Part shown: in pieces, positions 59,078-64,000 of the stretch
Numbering within the stretch: the first letter of the stretch is position 1
How the letters are laid out: every line of letters starts with the position of its first letter
Sequence record: NC_027364.1
Direction: 5' to 3' (one strand)
DNA: 64,000 nt
Notes under the pieces: generated by a model
What the model saw: the letters and a program-made list of their open reading frames with translations, nothing else
Told to the model about the DNA's origin: nothing
The model's database searches: none
Made by a program: the position numbers and the translations under genes

Positions 59078-62000
59078 ATGTACTCAATAAAAACTGACTT
59101 AGATATTACTGGTGCTGGTACGGTTGGTAAGGATCTTTTAGTCAAAGGAAATGCTGTTTTCAACAATAACCTAACTGTAAATGGTACTGTAACTTTTGCA
59201 AATGCAACTTTTACTGCCATTGAATCATCAACTGCCAATATTACATCTACTTTAGATGTAGGTGGCAAAGCAACACTTTCTGGTGGTCTTGGTGTTGAGG
59301 GTAATACTACAATCGGTAGTGCAGTGGTCGGGTCTGATACAGCAACAATTAATTCAAACGCTACCTTTAACGGTACTGTATCAGTTGGTTCTGATTTTAC
59401 ACAAACTGCTGGTACAACCACTCTACAAGCAACTAAAGTTAAAAACTTAGAAGTTGCTGAAACAACAGCATTTAAAGGTAATATTACTGCTGATGTTGGG
59501 ACTACTGCTGCATTTGATAAAATTACTGCTAATACCGCAGAAATTACTAATGTAAGTACAACAGATATTAGTAGTACTGGTACTGCTACATTTAAAGATG
59601 TGACAATTAGTGGTACACTTGGTGGTGAGTTTAATCTATCTGACTTAAATGCAGTAACATTGAACGTTACTGGTGCATCTAACCAACAAGGTGCAGTAAC
59701 TTTCGGTGCTAACGTAACTGGTATTAACAGTACTGCTACTTTTAAAGACATTCGTATTGGTTCTAACTCTGAATCACAAACCTTCAGATTAAGCTTCCCT
59801 TACACTGCTCCTGGTAAACGCCCAACTGTTATTCTACAAAACGAAATTCAGTCCGAGTTAATGTCACCTGCAAACTTAACAGTTTTGACATCTGCTTCTT
59901 TTGGTAATGCGTCATTATCTTCTTATGGTATTACTGGTAATGGTCTAAACAAATTAGATTATCTAACAGTTTCTGGTAACAATACACAATCACCAGACAC
60001 CCCACTATTAGAAGTTCAAAAAGGAAAAACCAAAGTTGCCGATTTTGAAGTTACAGGAACCGCAACTATACCAAATATTGAAAGTACTGGAACTGCTAAT
60101 TTTAATAATATTAATATTTCTGGTGTTCTTGGTGGAACATTCCAATTAGACGATATTAATGCAGCATCTTTGAACGTTACTGGGGCCACTTCGTTAGTTG
60201 GTGGTGTTACTCTTGGTTCTAATATTACTGGTTATAACAGTACTGCATCATTTAAAGCTATCAGCTTAGGCCAAAGTAGTCAAGATTCTGCTGTAAAACT
60301 TGGATTTGGATATACTGCACCAAGTCAACGTCCAACCGTGATTTTACCTAACGAAGTTCAATCAGAATTAGTTTCTCCTTCAACACTGAACGTTCTAAAA
60401 ACGGCAACTTTTGGTAATGCTGCACTTTCTACGTATGGTATTACTGGTAATGGCCTAAACAAATTAGATTACCTAACCATTACAGGTAACGCAACACAAG
60501 ACCCTAGTACACCATTCCTACAAGTTGGTGGTAAAGCAATTCTTAATGATGTCGATTTTACTGGCACCGTAACTGGGTTAACTGTTGATGTAAGTGGTCA
60601 GGATCTAACACCAAACTCAGTTGTTGCTGCGACAAATATTAAAGGTGCAACCCTTGAAAGTACTGGTAACACTACCGTGGGTGCTAAACTAACTGTTACT
60701 GGTGATATTGCTGGTACAACTGCAACTCTTTCTGGTGCATTATCCGCTGGTTCAGTAAGTTCTGGTTCTATTACTGGTACAACTTCTGTATCTGCACCAA
60801 CAATTAGTGCATCTACTGAAGTAACGGCTCCTACTATCACTGCGAGTGGAACTGTAAGTGGACAAACAATTAACGGTACTAATATTAGTGCAACAACTCT
60901 GACTGCACCAACTATTAGTGGTAATACTAACTTCACAGAAAATGTTGATATTACTGGAAATCTAACAGTTACTGGTACAGTAACCCCAGGTACAATTGAT
61001 TTGAGTACTACTGATGTTAGTGCGAAATCAATCACTACTACCGCTGGTGCAAATATTGGTGGAGATCTTGTGGTTCAAGGTTCTTTTGATTTATCAGCAG
61101 CAGACATTAACGTTAAATCACTAACTTCTTCTGGTATTGTTAAAAGTAATGACATTGTTAATGCTAACGTACTTCCTGTACTTAATAGTACTACCATAAC
61201 GGCAACTACTGTTAATGCTGATGATATAACTGTTACCGGATCTGCTAATTTGGGTACAATTTACTCAAGCTCATCTGTTCTAGTTGGGTCAACTTTAACT
61301 GTAACTGGTGAAACTACAACTGCATCGTTGGTTACCCCAACCATTTCAAATGCAAGTGGTGTCACTATTTCCAATAATACAAATGTAACTGGTGACCTAA
61401 CCGTTACTGGTGCAGTTATTCCAGGCTCTATCGATCTAGCAACAACTGATGTTAATGCTAAATCCATTACTACTACTGCTGGTGCAACTATTGGTGGTAA
61501 CCTAACTGTTAATGGTACAGTAGATCTTACTACTGCTGATGTTACTGTCAAATCTTTAACTAGTACTGGTGCAATTGTTAGTAATGAATCTACAATTAGT
61601 AGTGTTCTACCTAAACTTCAAAGTACTGATGCAACTATTGCAACCCTTGGTTCAACAACTGCAAATATTACTAATTTGAATGTTACTGGTGCATCTACCG
61701 TAGCTGACGTAACTTCTTCAGGTAAAGTTAAAGCAGTTTCTGTAGAAACCCCAACAATTAGTAACGTTGATGGTGTATCTATTTCCAATAATACATCTAT
61801 TACTGGTGACCTAACAGTTTCTGGTACAGTAACACCAGGTGCAATTGATTTGAGCACAACTGATGTAAGTGCAAAATCCATTACTACTACCGCTGGAGCA
61901 AATATTGGTGGAGATCTTGTTGTTTCTGGTACAGTTGATTTAAGTGGTGCTGATGTATCTGTTAAATCTCTAACAAGTACTGGTATTATTACAGTTAGTA

Positions 62001-64000
62001 GTGCAGAAGGTATCAACGTTCTACCTAAAGTTCAAAGTACTGAAGTTACAGTGTCTGCTCTAAATGCAACAAATGCAGTAGTTTCTGGTGATGTTTCAGC
62101 AGCAACAGCTTCAATCTCAGGTGCAATTACTGGTGGGTCAGCAACACTATCTGGTATTGGAACTGCTCTAAATGTAACTAATAACGCAACTGTTGGTGGT
62201 GTACTTACTGTTGGTTCTATTACTTCAGCGGCAGAAAATGTATCCATTACTAAAAATACCGCGATTACTGGTAATTTAGCAGTATCTGGAACACTAACTG
62301 CGGGTGTTATTGATCTTAGCACAACTGATGTGTCTGTGAAGACATTAACTTCTCTAGGTGATGCAACCGTTCAAGGTAACTTAACTGTTGATGGTTCTAT
62401 TGACCTAAGTTCTGCAAACATCGTCGGTGTAACACTAGAAAGTACTGGCTCTACCACTGTAGGTACTGATTTGATTCTAACTACAGGTAACATTACAGGT
62501 AGTCCATCTATTTCTGGTAACTTGGGTGTTACTGGAACCACAACGTTAACTGGTGCAACTACAGTTTCAAACACATTGTCAACTGGTGGTAAACTAACAG
62601 TTAATACTGGTGGTATTCAAGTAGTTGATGGTGGTATTCAAGTTGATGCAGGAACTATTACCGCACCAAGTGCTAATATTTCTGGTGACTCTACCCTTAA
62701 TAGTGCAACTGTAACTACTACCCTTGGTGTTACTGGTGCAGCTAGTATGAATGGTGGCCTTACAGCATCTACTCTAGATGTAACTGGTGACAGTACTGTA
62801 CAAAAACTAACTGTTAAGGGTGCATTTATTCCTGAAGGTGGTTTGGACCTATCCGGTGCTGATCTTAACGTGAATAGCGTAACTGCTGCAACCACATTAA
62901 GTGTTACTGGTGCAAGTACTCTAACTGGTGGTGTTTCCACTTCAACTGTTACTGCATCCGGTAAGGTAACTGCACAAGAATTAAGTACTGGTACATTGGC
63001 AGTAACCACAAATGGAACAGTTGGTGGTACTTTAGATGTAACTGGAAAGGCAACAGTCGGTTCACTAGATTCAGGTGCAATATCTGCAACTTCTGGTACA
63101 TTTAGTACTACACTAGGTGTAACAGGTGCAGCAACATTTGGTAACAATGTTAATATTACTGGCACGTTAACCCCAGGTGCATTGGATTTATCTAGTACTG
63201 ATGTAGATGCTAACAGTCTTTCTGTTGCAACAACCCTACATTCAAACGGCAATGCAACAATCGGTGGTACACTAGGTGTAACTGGTGCAGCAACTGCTCC
63301 ATCAATCGCTCTTAATGGTGAAGGAACTGCATTAGCAGTTACTAACAATGCAACAATTGGTGGTACACTAGGTGTAACTGGAAAGGCAACTGTCGGTTCA
63401 CTAGATTCAGGTGCGGTATCTGCAACTTCTGGTACATTTAGTACTACAATAGATGTAACTGGTGCAGCAACCTTTGGTAATAATGTTAACATTACTGGTA
63501 CATTAACGCCAGGTGCATTGGATTTATCTAGTACTGATGTAGTTGCAAACAGTCTTTCTGTTGCAACCACACTACATTCAGATGGTAATGCAACAATTGG
63601 TGGTACATTAGGTGTAACTGGTGCAGCAACTGCTCCATCAATCACTCTTAATGGTGAAGGAACTGCATTAGCAGTTACTAACAATGCAACAATTGGTGGT
63701 ACATTAGGTGTAACTGGTGCAGCAACTTTAGGTTCACTAACAACTTCTGGTGCAGTGAAAACTGGTTCTAATGTTATTATTGGTACTAAGATCGGTGAAC
63801 AACCAGAAACAGTTCAGATTTTCCCTAACACTTACATTGCTGGTTCCTTGCGTGTAGATGGTGGTATCAACGCTGATATTGATGTTAGTGGTCAAACAAT
63901 CGAACCTTATGCAGTTGTTGCGGCTGACACTATTAGTGCAGCGGGTAATATTACTTCTGGTGCAGAGTTGATTTCTAAATCAAGCAAACCTAATTTGGGC
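59078..64000 (+). CDS. Very long repeat-built tail fibre (more than 1641 aa, truncated by window edge)
   Basis: Not in ORF track. GGAGG SD, MYSIKTDLDITGAGTVGKDLLVKGNA...; Thr/Gly/Val/Ser-rich LTVTG/IGG beta repeats, open to window end. Confidence 0.85.
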   Translation, partial: MYSIKTDLDITGAGTVGKDLLVKGNAVFNNNLTVNGTVTFANATFTAIESSTANITSTLDVGGKATLSGGLGVEGNTTIGSAVVGSDTATINSNATFNGTVSVGSDFTQTAGTTTLQATKVKNLEVAETTAFKGNITADVGTTAAFDKITANTAEITNVSTTDISSTGTATFKDVTISGTLGGEFNLSDLNAVTLNVTGASNQQGAVTFGANVTGINSTATFKDIRIGSNSESQTFRLSFPYTAPGKRPTVILQNEIQSELMSPANLTVLTSASFGNASLSSYGITGNGLNKLDYLTVSGNNTQSPDTPLLEVQKGKTKVADFEVTGTATIPNIESTGTANFNNINISGVLGGTFQLDDINAASLNVTGATSLVGGVTLGSNITGYNSTASFKAISLGQSSQDSAVKLGFGYTAPSQRPTVILPNEVQSELVSPSTLNVLKTATFGNAALSTYGITGNGLNKLDYLTITGNATQDPSTPFLQVGGKAILNDVDFTGTVTGLTVDVSGQDLTPNSVVAATNIKGATLESTGNTTVGAKLTVTGDIAGTTATLSGALSAGSVSSGSITGTTSVSAPTISASTEVTAPTITASGTVSGQTINGTNISATTLTAPTISGNTNFTENVDITGNLTVTGTVTPGTIDLSTTDVSAKSITTTAGANIGGDLVVQGSFDLSAADINVKSLTSSGIVKSNDIVNANVLPVLNSTTITATTVNADDITVTGSANLGTIYSSSSVLVGSTLTVTGETTTASLVTPTISNASGVTISNNTNVTGDLTVTGAVIPGSIDLATTDVNAKSITTTAGATIGGNLTVNGTVDLTTADVTVKSLTSTGAIVSNESTISSVLPKLQSTDATIATLGSTTANITNLNVTGASTVADVTSSGKVKAVSVETPTISNVDGVSISNNTSITGDLTVSGTVTPGAIDLSTTDVSAKSITTTAGANIGGDLVVSGTVDLSGADVSVKSLTSTGIITVSSAEGINVLPKVQSTEVTVSALNATNAVVSGDVSAATASISGAITGGSATLSGIGTALNVTNNATVGGVLTVGSITSAAENVSITKNTAITGNLAVSGTLTAGVIDLSTTDVSVKTLTSLGDATVQGNLTVDGSIDLSSANIVGVTLESTGSTTVGTDLILTTGNITGSPSISGNLGVTGTTTLTGATTVSNTLSTGGKLTVNTGGIQVVDGGIQVDAGTITAPSANISGDSTLNSATVTTTLGVTGAASMNGGLTASTLDVTGDSTVQKLTVKGAFIPEGGLDLSGADLNVNSVTAATTLSVTGASTLTGGVSTSTVTASGKVTAQELSTGTLAVTTNGTVGGTLDVTGKATVGSLDSGAISATSGTFSTTLGVTGAATFGNNVNITGTLTPGALDLSSTDVDANSLSVATTLHSNGNATIGGTLGVTGAATAPSIALNGEGTALAVTNNATIGGTLGVTGKATVGSLDSGAVSATSGTFSTTIDVTGAATFGNNVNITGTLTPGALDLSSTDVVANSLSVATTLHSDGNATIGGTLGVTGAATAPSITLNGEGTALAVTNNATIGGTLGVTGAATLGSLTTSGAVKTGSNVIIGTKIGEQPETVQIFPNTYIAGSLRVDGGINADIDVSGQTIEPYAVVAADTISAAGNITSGAELISKSSKPNLG
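59573..60590 (+). repeat. Diverged 510-bp (170-aa) tandem module within long fibre
   Basis: STGTA...YTAP..RPTVIL.NE.QSEL.SP...YGITGNGLNKLDYLT twice, starts 59573 and 60083. Confidence 0.8.
63023..63694 (+). repeat. Tandem 336-bp (112-aa) duplication within long fibre
   Basis: Units start at 63023 and 63359, partial third at 63695; 25 nt and 7 aa differences by manual alignment. Confidence 0.9.

Noticed and set aside
59008-63684. Long minus-strand ORFs (59008-59751, 60598-61035, 62638-63684 and others)
   Set aside because: Antisense shadows of the plus-strand repeat fibre; its Thr/Gly/Val codons give few reverse stops; no SDs.
63023-63694. Diversity-generating retroelement template/variable repeat pair
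   Set aside because: Differences are mostly synonymous and not adenine-specific, both copies are in frame in one gene, and no reverse transcriptase is present in the window.

Overview
AT-rich (roughly one-third GC by eye), densely coding segment of a large T4-related myovirus genome, most like the RaK2/GAP32/PBECO4-type jumbo phages of enterobacteria (family call from protein recognition only, no database search). It carries replication/recombination genes (RNase H, sliding clamp, family B DNA polymerase, DsbA-like, endonuclease VII, gp46/gp47, late sigma gp55), a head module (portal, protease, scaffold, major capsid), tail/baseplate genes (tape-measure-like, gp26-, gp53-, gp5-, gp25-, gp6-like, a ~3320-aa wedge protein, gp14/gp15-like), GroES, ClpA, a Nudix hydrolase, and receptor-binding proteins including a WcaM-like colanidase and a repeat-built fibre running off the right end. 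No tRNA, CRISPR array, reverse transcriptase or intein was recognised. The most unusual signals are not genes: (1) an ORF-free ~830-nt gap holding a promoter-to-terminator ~450-nt multi-helix RNA candidate; (2) strong over-representation of the palindrome CAGTACTG/AGTACT; (3) six copies of a non-canonical promoter class (TGRGACA-N16-TAYAAT); (4) a probable -1 frameshift of tail-chaperone type; (5) extreme CUA-Leu bias in the abundant virion genes. All counts are manual.
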